From the IMG/VR virus record IMGVR_UViG_3300010942_000265: 49,311 bases of DNA. One strand, given 5' to 3'. Source of the stretch: a virus. Its lineage: Duplodnaviria; Heunggongvirae; Uroviricota; Caudoviricetes. Positions 17,033 to 25,599 of the stretch are shown one piece after another; position 1 is the stretch's first letter, and every line of letters begins with the position of its first letter. The translations under genes and the position numbers were made by a program. A model generated the notes under the pieces. It was not told the DNA's origin and searched no databases. It saw only the letters and a list, made by a program, of their open reading frames with translations.

Positions 17033-19833
17033 TGTATAATAAAAGAGTTCTTAAGAAAGCCACAGATAACTTAGATAAAGCTAAGGCACCCGCTGCATCT
17101 AAAGATATTATTGTAGATCCTAGAGGTCAATGGGAACACCCAGGACAGAATACAAGAATACCAAGCAGTAACATTACAATGCAAGGTGTAAATTATCCTG
17201 TGTTAGGTGTAGGTTCTAACGGTCAACAACAGATGATGTATCCAGGTATGGAATATACATTTCCGGGTGCTGACTATGTAGATGAGTTTCCACAAATGCA
17301 AATGGCTAAAAAAGGTGGATCTTTAAAATCTAAAAAATACACAAGAAGTCTTGAAGGTACAAATGAGTTGTTTACTGAAAACAAATTATTAAAGAGATCT
17401 AAATCTAAAAAGAAAAAGACATTTAATCCGCGCGCAAAAGATTATCAAGAAGGTGGATATGCTGATGATTCATTTGAATTAGATTTAACACCAGAAGAAA
17501 TTGAAGAGTACGCTAAAGGAGGTTTTATCATAGAAGATATATCTGTACCTGAACTTACTAAAGCTCAAAAAGGTGCGGCAACACAAGCAGATAGTTTATC
17601 ATTATATAATAATGCACTTCAGCAACAAGCTTATTATAATACACTTAAACCCTATTATGAACCTGTATATATAGGTCCATGGCGTTATACCAATGCTGAT
17701 GTAAGAAGAGCATCAAAAGATTCTGAATATTATGATATTCCTAGTAGTTGGACGGCAAAAGAAAAAGAAAATTTTAAAAACTTTCAAAATACTATTAAGT
17801 CAAGTAATGATCCAAATGTATCATACATTACCGATTTAATTACAGGGGCTCTTGATCCAAATGCTCCAGCATTGAGATATGATAATAGAATCAAACCTCA
17901 AGGTCAAGCAGACTATATACCTAAGAGTTACACTTTTAATAAATATGTTTCTCCGGATATAAAAAAAATACAAGGTATAACTATTAAGGATAGATCTAAA
18001 CAAACAAAACATGAACGTAACTTTAATTCGTTAAGAATACAATACATGTTTGAAACAAATCCGGCTAAGCGTGCAAATTATAAAAAAGAATTATACAGTA
18101 CAGCTAAAGCTATTGGGTTTAAAAATCCAAATAAAGCAATAGATGAATGGTTGTATAGAGAAAAAAAAGATGCAGAACTTGATAAAAAATTAAAAGGTGT
18201 AAACACAACAATTCCTTATTATGACCCTATTGCAGTAAAACCAGGTAATATGCTTACACCTGCAGAAGTAAAAGAAAGAGTTAAAAAGTATGGTACTAGA
18301 GGAATTCCTGCATCAAAACTTAAAGGTATTGCTCCACCAATAGGTGGAAAAAATCCATTAGTTACAATACCAAGTGGTGCTAAATTAGGAGCTAAGAAAA
18401 AAGTTGTTATTGATCCTTATGCACACAGTAAGACAAATGTAGTACCTACAGTTATTGGTACACCGCCTGATCAAAATACCGATCCTACTAAGAAACATGT
18501 AGGCACTAATGAGATTTTAGGTTATGATGAAAATGGAAATCCTACAAGTAGAATTGAGTATATTTATGAAGATGTAAAACTTACTAAAGGATTAAAAGAT
18601 TTATCTAAATTTACAAATAGTGTACAGAATGAAATAGTTCCACAAACATTTCCTGTTCGTAATCCTGAAACAAGTAATACAGCATTTAGATATAGAGATC
18701 AATGGCAACATGTATATAAACCAGTTGAAGGAGGCTTTGAAACATTTGGTACTAAGCAAGCTACATTACCTTATGGTGAAAAACTTGGTGAACATCCATG
18801 GGAATATAACAAGTCTAATGAACTTCCTGAGAGTGGTCATCATGTTTGGATTGTAGGCAATCAGAAATACTACAATGAAGAAGAGGCTAAATCTGCTGCT
18901 GAACAATGGGATAAAGAGCATAGTTATCAATTTAAACAAGGAGGAACATTACCTAAAGCACAATTAGGTAAAAATGTTAGTTTAACTGCTTCACCATTTA
19001 GTTTAAATGCTAATGCAATTCCATTAGCAAGTAAAGTATTTGGGGAGTATAATCCTGAACTTTTATTGGGTGCCCAGCAAAATTTAAACTCACCTAATCA
19101 AGATTTTAAACATAATGCAACAGTTGATCTAGGTTTACCTTACACAGGTAAATTTGCTCCTAGTGTAAATGCAGCTTATCATGGTGCATATGATTTAAGC
19201 ACACCTGGTCAAAAATTAAGACCCACAGTCAATTCTGATTTACAAGTAGGGTACCATCCTAAACAAGGAGTTAACTTTGCTGTCACAGCTAATCCAAGAT
19301 TAGAATTTAGTAACGTAGGACAAGATACATTAAATAGAAAAAATTGGAGCCGGGGAGCATGGAAAGGTTATGTTGGATTATTAGGATCAGCAGGATACAG
19401 AGGTAAAAGTTTTGATCCTAATGATATACAAGGTATACCATCATCATGGGCTACAGTTGATCCTAAAGGAAGTAATTTCTTAATGGGATTTGGTGCTAAT
19501 GCTGGTTTTGAAGCAAGACCGTTTAAAAAGCCACTTAAACTTGGTATTGACGCTAGTATAATGGAATCACATGGTAAAAAAGCTGCTGAGCAAACAGTAG
19601 ATTCATCTCCTCATAATTATACAGGTTGGACACCTACAGTGAATGTACATGCTTCATATCCTCTTTCTGAGTTAATGAGAAAGAAACAGAATAAGACTAG
19701 AGAGCCAAACCTACCAAAAAATAGACCTAGCGGTGTACATAAGTTTAAAGAAGGTGGTATTTATCTTGATCTGAGTGAAGATGAAATTCAAGCATATGAG
19801 AAGGGTGGTTATATAGTTGAACGCTTAGATTAA
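17032..19833 (+). CDS. Putative internal (cargo) virion protein with GG motifs and a beta-barrel-like C-terminal segment
   Basis: 933 aa, TAATG-coupled to the muzzle gene. N-terminal ITMQGVNYPVLG...YTFPG module, six xxxGG motifs, two DLxxEEIxxYxKGG modules. Confidence 0.55.
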   Translation: MYNKRVLKKATDNLDKAKAPAASKDIIVDPRGQWEHPGQNTRIPSSNITMQGVNYPVLGVGSNGQQQMMYPGMEYTFPGADYVDEFPQMQMAKKGGSLKSKKYTRSLEGTNELFTENKLLKRSKSKKKKTFNPRAKDYQEGGYADDSFELDLTPEEIEEYAKGGFIIEDISVPELTKAQKGAATQADSLSLYNNALQQQAYYNTLKPYYEPVYIGPWRYTNADVRRASKDSEYYDIPSSWTAKEKENFKNFQNTIKSSNDPNVSYITDLITGALDPNAPALRYDNRIKPQGQADYIPKSYTFNKYVSPDIKKIQGITIKDRSKQTKHERNFNSLRIQYMFETNPAKRANYKKELYSTAKAIGFKNPNKAIDEWLYREKKDAELDKKLKGVNTTIPYYDPIAVKPGNMLTPAEVKERVKKYGTRGIPASKLKGIAPPIGGKNPLVTIPSGAKLGAKKKVVIDPYAHSKTNVVPTVIGTPPDQNTDPTKKHVGTNEILGYDENGNPTSRIEYIYEDVKLTKGLKDLSKFTNSVQNEIVPQTFPVRNPETSNTAFRYRDQWQHVYKPVEGGFETFGTKQATLPYGEKLGEHPWEYNKSNELPESGHHVWIVGNQKYYNEEEAKSAAEQWDKEHSYQFKQGGTLPKAQLGKNVSLTASPFSLNANAIPLASKVFGEYNPELLLGAQQNLNSPNQDFKHNATVDLGLPYTGKFAPSVNAAYHGAYDLSTPGQKLRPTVNSDLQVGYHPKQGVNFAVTANPRLEFSNVGQDTLNRKNWSRGAWKGYVGLLGSAGYRGKSFDPNDIQGIPSSWATVDPKGSNFLMGFGANAGFEARPFKKPLKLGIDASIMESHGKKAAEQTVDSSPHNYTGWTPTVNVHASYPLSELMRKKQNKTREPNLPKNRPSGVHKFKEGGIYLDLSEDEIQAYEKGGYIVERLD

Positions 19834-19875
19834 ACTTTAGAAGTTTAAGTGTTTAATTTAAAATTAGTATATTAA
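19830..19875 (+). promoter_or_regulatory. Palindromic operator/promoter upstream of the 877-aa cargo gene
   Basis: Perfect inverted repeat TTAAACTT-TAG-AAGTTTAA (19830-19848), then GTTTAA-N11-TATATT (19851-19873). Confidence 0.5.
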
Positions 19876-19890
19876 GATATATAGATAATT

Positions 19891-22524
19891 ATGGCAAAAG
19901 TTAGAATACGTAAAGCTGGTCCTGGTGAAAAAGCTGGATACTATAACAAGACAGCTATGTTCTTGAAACATGCACAGGAGGGAACTGAAGTTCAGTCTGC
20001 TGAAGGTCAAGGACAGTCAGAAGAGGAAATGGTTCAGGCATACTATCAATATGCAATGCAACAGCTTTCAAATGAGGTTGCACCTGATAAGGTGTATTCA
20101 GAACTTATTAGCAATGGTTTACCAGAACAGATGGCATATCAGATGATTACATCTCTTATGGATAAACTTGTTGAAGAAGGTGTTATTAATCCTGATTACA
20201 AAAGAGAGAAAGAAGCTCAACAACAACAAGAAGAACCTATTGCAGAAGAAGCACCAGTAGAGACAGTGCAAGAACCTGTTGCAGAAGATCCAGCAATGTT
20301 TGAAGAAAACCAAGACATGTTAGATAATGAAGAAGAATATCTTCAAGATAGATCTTATATGGCTGATGGTGGAGAAGCTTATACACAAGATGATTATGAT
20401 GCTCAAACTAATTACTTATCACAGTATGACCAAGTAAAAGATAATACTGTTGAGAATTTTAATATGGATGAGTTAATTCAAAATACTCCAGGTATTCAAC
20501 CAGGTTTAAACTTTCCAAGTTTAGATGAATATATTCCTAACTACCAAGGTTCGGATTGGTCTGATATGGATGCTTTACAAACTTCAAATCTTGAATTACA
20601 AAAAACTGGTGGTATCATTAAGAAAAAACAGTTTGTCAAAAATGTTATGTCTTTGCTTAAGAAACAAGAAGGTGGAGAAGGTGAAAAAGATACTACATTA
20701 GGTAAAGGTAATCCAATGGATACTCTTACTGAAGATGTTCAAAAACATAAATACAATTTCTTAAATGCAGTTAAAACAAAAGCTACTCAAGCTAAGACTG
20801 AAGAAATGTATGATAAGTTAAGAGAATCTAATGATCCTGCATTACAACAACTTGGTATGCAACAACAATTTCAAGTTGGTGGTATGACTGGTGGACAAGA
20901 TCCTTTGTTTAGATTTCTTGGTGGAGGTGATCAACCTGATTACTATGAGGCAGACTTTTTACCAGAGGCAGCATATGGCTATTCTACAGGAAACTTGAGA
21001 AGAGCAGAAACAGGTGAAGAAGTAAAACCAACGGTTGATACTGAAGTTATACCTAAAGCTAGAATTAATTACATACCAAACTATGTAACTGGTCCAGGTT
21101 CAGCATTAAGAAGTTTGACACCATGGAATCCATTGATTCAATCACGTAGAACAATGAATCAAGTTGGTATGCCACATATCTATGGAACTAACATACCTTA
21201 CAATGATCCATTGGCAGGAATGACTCCAGTAGCACGCCAAGTAACCAAGAGAGGTATATTTGGTAGACCAAAAAGATATACTGATATTTACTCTATACCT
21301 GGTGCTCAAGGAATGACTGCTGGTAATATTATTGCTGATGGTAATAGATTGATATTCCCACAAAGAAATGCAGAGGGGAAAGCAGATATCTCCCTACCAG
21401 AAAAACAAGAAGAGATATATTCACATGAAAGACCTTTAGCTAATTTTCTTATGAAAACTGGTATACCAGGTTTAACTCAATTGGGATCAAGAATGTATCC
21501 ATGGGAAAATAATGGAAGTGATGAAATTGTAAGTACTAACATTAATCCGGTAAGTGTTCAAGCAAATAATATACCTACACAAGGTATTAGAGGTTTTGTT
21601 AATGATCAATTAAATGTTGACTTGAATAGACAACCTTATTATGGTCCACCAACTGAGTTTGGTGAGTATGCTCCATATAATCCAGATATGATAAATATGC
21701 AGGAACGTTACGGGTTCCCAGATTATTATGAGTTTGGAGAAGGCATACCAAATACTACTATGGCTTATGGTGGATATATGCCAAGAGCAGAATCAGGTTT
21801 AACTATTAATAATCCTAATCTTCCGCAGCCCGCTCCAGCTAATCCTGATCTTGCGTTAGGTAATCAAGCTGGTCTTCTAGGAAGTGTGACACAAGGTCCT
21901 AATAGTGCATGGACAAGTATGCAATCATTTAATCAACCGGCACCGGTTAATCAAAATGCTCAGACATATAATAACAATCCTGCAAATAACATGTCAGTAG
22001 AACCAGAAAATGGTGACATGTCTGGATGTACTCCAGAACAAAAAATGGATTCTACAAGTCAATGTTATTGTTCACCTGAAGCAAGAAAGAACCCTCAAGA
22101 CAAAAGATGTTATGAAGGTGCTAATGTTGCTATTGATTTTGCATCTGGTAGATCAACTACTACTGATCCAGAAGCTATGGTTAATGTAGCTAATGCAGGT
22201 ATTAGAGGTATCACAAGAGCAATCAACAGAAGAGATGAAAACAATGCAGAATTAAACATGTATAACCAATATAATTCTAATAATCTTTATGCTTCTCAAG
22301 GTACAAGAAACCGTGGAGATTGGAATGATTTAGGTTCTATGGCAGGGCAATTCCGTTTTAATCAACAAGGCCAAGATAGAAGTGGTTTCTCTTCATACGG
22401 TAAACTAGGTGGATTCATGGAAGAAGGTGGTCAAGCTAGTTACAATGAAGGAGATGAAGTTTACATGACAGATGAAGACATTGCAAACTTCAGAGCAAGT
22501 GGAGGTCAAATTGAATACATATAA
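19891..22524 (+). CDS. Putative cargo protein (acidic, low complexity, GG motifs)
   Basis: 877 aa, Q/E/N/P/G-rich. Starts MAKVRIRK, carries many xxxGG and A-[QE]-x-G motifs; lies in the cargo-gene position. Confidence 0.55.
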   Translation: MAKVRIRKAGPGEKAGYYNKTAMFLKHAQEGTEVQSAEGQGQSEEEMVQAYYQYAMQQLSNEVAPDKVYSELISNGLPEQMAYQMITSLMDKLVEEGVINPDYKREKEAQQQQEEPIAEEAPVETVQEPVAEDPAMFEENQDMLDNEEEYLQDRSYMADGGEAYTQDDYDAQTNYLSQYDQVKDNTVENFNMDELIQNTPGIQPGLNFPSLDEYIPNYQGSDWSDMDALQTSNLELQKTGGIIKKKQFVKNVMSLLKKQEGGEGEKDTTLGKGNPMDTLTEDVQKHKYNFLNAVKTKATQAKTEEMYDKLRESNDPALQQLGMQQQFQVGGMTGGQDPLFRFLGGGDQPDYYEADFLPEAAYGYSTGNLRRAETGEEVKPTVDTEVIPKARINYIPNYVTGPGSALRSLTPWNPLIQSRRTMNQVGMPHIYGTNIPYNDPLAGMTPVARQVTKRGIFGRPKRYTDIYSIPGAQGMTAGNIIADGNRLIFPQRNAEGKADISLPEKQEEIYSHERPLANFLMKTGIPGLTQLGSRMYPWENNGSDEIVSTNINPVSVQANNIPTQGIRGFVNDQLNVDLNRQPYYGPPTEFGEYAPYNPDMINMQERYGFPDYYEFGEGIPNTTMAYGGYMPRAESGLTINNPNLPQPAPANPDLALGNQAGLLGSVTQGPNSAWTSMQSFNQPAPVNQNAQTYNNNPANNMSVEPENGDMSGCTPEQKMDSTSQCYCSPEARKNPQDKRCYEGANVAIDFASGRSTTTDPEAMVNVANAGIRGITRAINRRDENNAELNMYNQYNSNNLYASQGTRNRGDWNDLGSMAGQFRFNQQGQDRSGFSSYGKLGGFMEEGGQASYNEGDEVYMTDEDIANFRASGGQIEYI

Positions 22525-22533
22525 TTTTACAAG

Positions 22534-25500
22534 ATGTTAAAGAAAGTAAGAATTAAGAAACTCCCTCAAGCTAAGACAGGGTTTCAAGTACAAGGTTCAT
22601 TGTATAATGACGTGCCTGCTATGGGAGGTGGTGCTGATTACAATGCTTATATGGGTAAGCCAAAGCTTGAAGTTAGTAAATATATTACAGCTGTTCCAAG
22701 AGATGAAGCAAACTTAGAAGCTGAAGGTGGTGAGACTGTATTTGGTGACATCAATGGGGATGGAATGCCAGAACATAAAACTATTAAAGGCCCAAGACAT
22801 TCAGCAGGTGGTGTACCATTAAAATTGCCAGATGATACTTTTATTTTCAGTGATACTAAATCAATGAAAATTAAAGATCCTCAATTTTTAGCTGTATTTG
22901 GAAAAGGTAAAGGATCTTACACTCCTGCAGATTTAGCAAAACAATATGATCTTGAAAAGTATAGAAAGATTTTACAAGATCCAAATTCAGATGCATTAGA
23001 TAAAAAGACTGCAGAACTTATGCTTAAGAATTATACTCTTAAGCTAGGTGCTCTTGCTTTAGCTCAAGAATCTAAAAAAGGATTCCCACAGGGTATCCCT
23101 GCTGTTGCTAAACCTTATATGGAAGCAATGGGTATTGCCCCAGAGGATGTACTTCCTGAAAAACAAATCAGAGAAACTGTTGAACAATTAGATCAACAGA
23201 ACATGAATAATCAAAGAAGTGCAGCTACTATGGCTTCACCTACTGAAGAACAAGATGAACAGTATGGTAATGAAGCTGAAGAAGCACAAATGATGAATAG
23301 TGACCGTCCAGTTGCAATGCCAGAACCTGAAGTAGATGAAGAAGCTGGTATGACACCTGAAGATACACAAATGGAATTTGGGGGAATTATGTCGCAAGAC
23401 AAAGCTTTTGCTTTTCAAAATGGTGGTTGGTTGCCAGAAGAAATTGCTGTGTTTACTGGAACAGTACCGCAAGCTGCTTATGGTATGCCTATGGGAGCTA
23501 ACTCAGAAAATTATGAAGGCCGTGATAAAGAACTTATAGGTGCTGAACGTTTCTTTGCTCAAGGAGGTAATTTACCTAAAGCTCAGACTGGAGCTGAAGT
23601 AGATGTAACTGGTATGACAGATGAGCAAAAACAAAGAGCTTATCATGATGCTAGAACAAAGAATCCAGGACAACCTATTACTGTAATTGATAATGGGCAA
23701 AAAATTGGAACACTTAAATATTCAAGAAGTATTGGTGAAGATGTAGAAGGAGTAGATATGAAAATATTTGGTGATACACCAGCTTCTACTGCTGCCGCAG
23801 CTCAATATAAAATTCTTGAGAATAGTTTGAATGATCCTGAGATTGCTTCTAAACTTTGTGAAGAAACAAAGGCCGCATTAAATAATCCTAAGTCTTATGT
23901 TGGTAAATCAGGTACTCAAGGAAAAACTTGGTCTGAGAGAGGACTTGCTGAACCTGATTGTGAACAAATTAAAGCACAGTTCTTACAGCATCAAAAAAGA
24001 AATCTTGCTTTTCAAGGAAGACAAGTTGATCCTAATTTATTTACAGATACAGGCCGTGGTCTTGCATCACTTGATGAGATTGTAGCAAGAAAAGCAAGAG
24101 ATCCTCAAACAGGTAAAGTTATTTCAACAAAAGAAGAAGCAGAAAAAGCTAGAGATTACTTAAGAAAAACTTATGGTTCAGCTGGTGCTAAAGATGTTTC
24201 TATTAATGAAATATCTGGTAAAATTGGTGTACCATTAGAAACATCAACTACTGATAGAGCATTACAACAAGCTACATTCCATGGATATGCACACATGTAT
24301 GATAACATGAGTAAGTATGATCCTGAATTCCAATACAAAGCAAGAAACTTTATTGGTAACATTCAGCGTGGTGTAAATGATGAAAGTAGTATGCAAGGTT
24401 TGTTTAATACTAAGGGTGTACAGATTTCTCCTATTGATGATTTTACAGCACCTGACAAATCATACTATGGTAATACAACAGCTGGTCAATTAGCAGCGGC
24501 AGGTATTGACAAATATGATATTGAAGCATTATCTACAGAGTGTCAATGTACAGATGCACAAAAACCAGGTTATCAAGCTCCGGCTGCAGATGGTACATGT
24601 CCATGTGATAAAAAGGTAGAAGCTAAAAAATGTCCATGTCAAAAATCTGATGGTACTATTATAGATGTTGGTGTTAATCCTAATACAGGAGCATGTAATG
24701 ACTGTGTAGAAGATCAGAATGTTAATATCAATAAACCTGCAGAATGGTGGTTGCAAGATACTATTAAGACAGCGGGTGCTTTTGGTGATCTTATGAGAAT
24801 CAAAAAGTATATGCCGTGGGCTCCTAGGGTAGACCTAGAAACTCCGCGTCCTACATTCTTAGATCCTACAAGAGAACTTGCTGCTAATGCAGAACAAGCA
24901 AATATCCAAACACAAGGTCTTGGACAATTTGTTGGGCCTCAAGCGGCTTCTTCAAGAGCTTCAAGTATTCAAGGTGCTGCTGCTAAAAATGCTGCTGATA
25001 TACTTTCAAGATACAACAACGCTAATGTTAACCTTGCAAATCAATTTGAAATGCAAAGTGCAAATATTAGAAATCAAGAACAGATGGCTAATCAAGGAGT
25101 AGCTCAAAGATTGTATGATCAAAATACAATAGCTAATCAGCAATTTGATAATGCTAAAATGGCTATGAGAAATAACTTGAGAAATCAGTATACTAATGCA
25201 ATTACAAATAGAGCTAAGACAGATGCTCTTAATCAATTGTATCCGCAATATGCAGTTAGTCCAGGTACAGGTGGATTCATGAGATATACTCAAGGTCGTG
25301 ATTTAACTGGTGAAAGTTCTGGTTCAGGAAAAACTTATGATCAATGGTTAACTTATTATAGAGACCAAGGTATGAGTGAATCAGCTGCTGTTGATGCTGC
25401 TAAGAATGCATACAACTCTCAAGGCGCTGCAGTGTCAGAAGATAAAGCCGGCGTACTTAAAACAATGTATGGTAAACAAGGCGGTCAAATGAAAAAGGGT

Positions 25501-25542
25501 GGCTTTACTTACGGAGACATTACTTACCCATTTATTATATAA
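22534..25542 (+). CDS. Cargo/ejection protein (crAss cargo-protein-1-like)
   Basis: 1002 aa. EAEGGETVF...GPRHSAGGV...FIFSD module and a long Q/N/A-rich helical C-terminal region, as in crAss-like cargo proteins; starts MLKKVRIKK. Confidence 0.6.
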   Translation: MLKKVRIKKLPQAKTGFQVQGSLYNDVPAMGGGADYNAYMGKPKLEVSKYITAVPRDEANLEAEGGETVFGDINGDGMPEHKTIKGPRHSAGGVPLKLPDDTFIFSDTKSMKIKDPQFLAVFGKGKGSYTPADLAKQYDLEKYRKILQDPNSDALDKKTAELMLKNYTLKLGALALAQESKKGFPQGIPAVAKPYMEAMGIAPEDVLPEKQIRETVEQLDQQNMNNQRSAATMASPTEEQDEQYGNEAEEAQMMNSDRPVAMPEPEVDEEAGMTPEDTQMEFGGIMSQDKAFAFQNGGWLPEEIAVFTGTVPQAAYGMPMGANSENYEGRDKELIGAERFFAQGGNLPKAQTGAEVDVTGMTDEQKQRAYHDARTKNPGQPITVIDNGQKIGTLKYSRSIGEDVEGVDMKIFGDTPASTAAAAQYKILENSLNDPEIASKLCEETKAALNNPKSYVGKSGTQGKTWSERGLAEPDCEQIKAQFLQHQKRNLAFQGRQVDPNLFTDTGRGLASLDEIVARKARDPQTGKVISTKEEAEKARDYLRKTYGSAGAKDVSINEISGKIGVPLETSTTDRALQQATFHGYAHMYDNMSKYDPEFQYKARNFIGNIQRGVNDESSMQGLFNTKGVQISPIDDFTAPDKSYYGNTTAGQLAAAGIDKYDIEALSTECQCTDAQKPGYQAPAADGTCPCDKKVEAKKCPCQKSDGTIIDVGVNPNTGACNDCVEDQNVNINKPAEWWLQDTIKTAGAFGDLMRIKKYMPWAPRVDLETPRPTFLDPTRELAANAEQANIQTQGLGQFVGPQAASSRASSIQGAAAKNAADILSRYNNANVNLANQFEMQSANIRNQEQMANQGVAQRLYDQNTIANQQFDNAKMAMRNNLRNQYTNAITNRAKTDALNQLYPQYAVSPGTGGFMRYTQGRDLTGESSGSGKTYDQWLTYYRDQGMSESAAVDAAKNAYNSQGAAVSEDKAGVLKTMYGKQGGQMKKGGFTYGDITYPFII

Positions 25543-25557
25543 ACTTTTGAGGTTTAA
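25540..25557 (+). promoter_or_regulatory. Palindromic element upstream of the 1156-aa gene
   Basis: TAAACTT-TTG-AGGTTTAA, a near copy of the 19830 palindrome, overlapping the upstream stop codon. Confidence 0.45.
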
Positions 25558-25599
25558 TAAACTTTAAAAATTTTAATAGTTTTACATCAAAGATAAATT

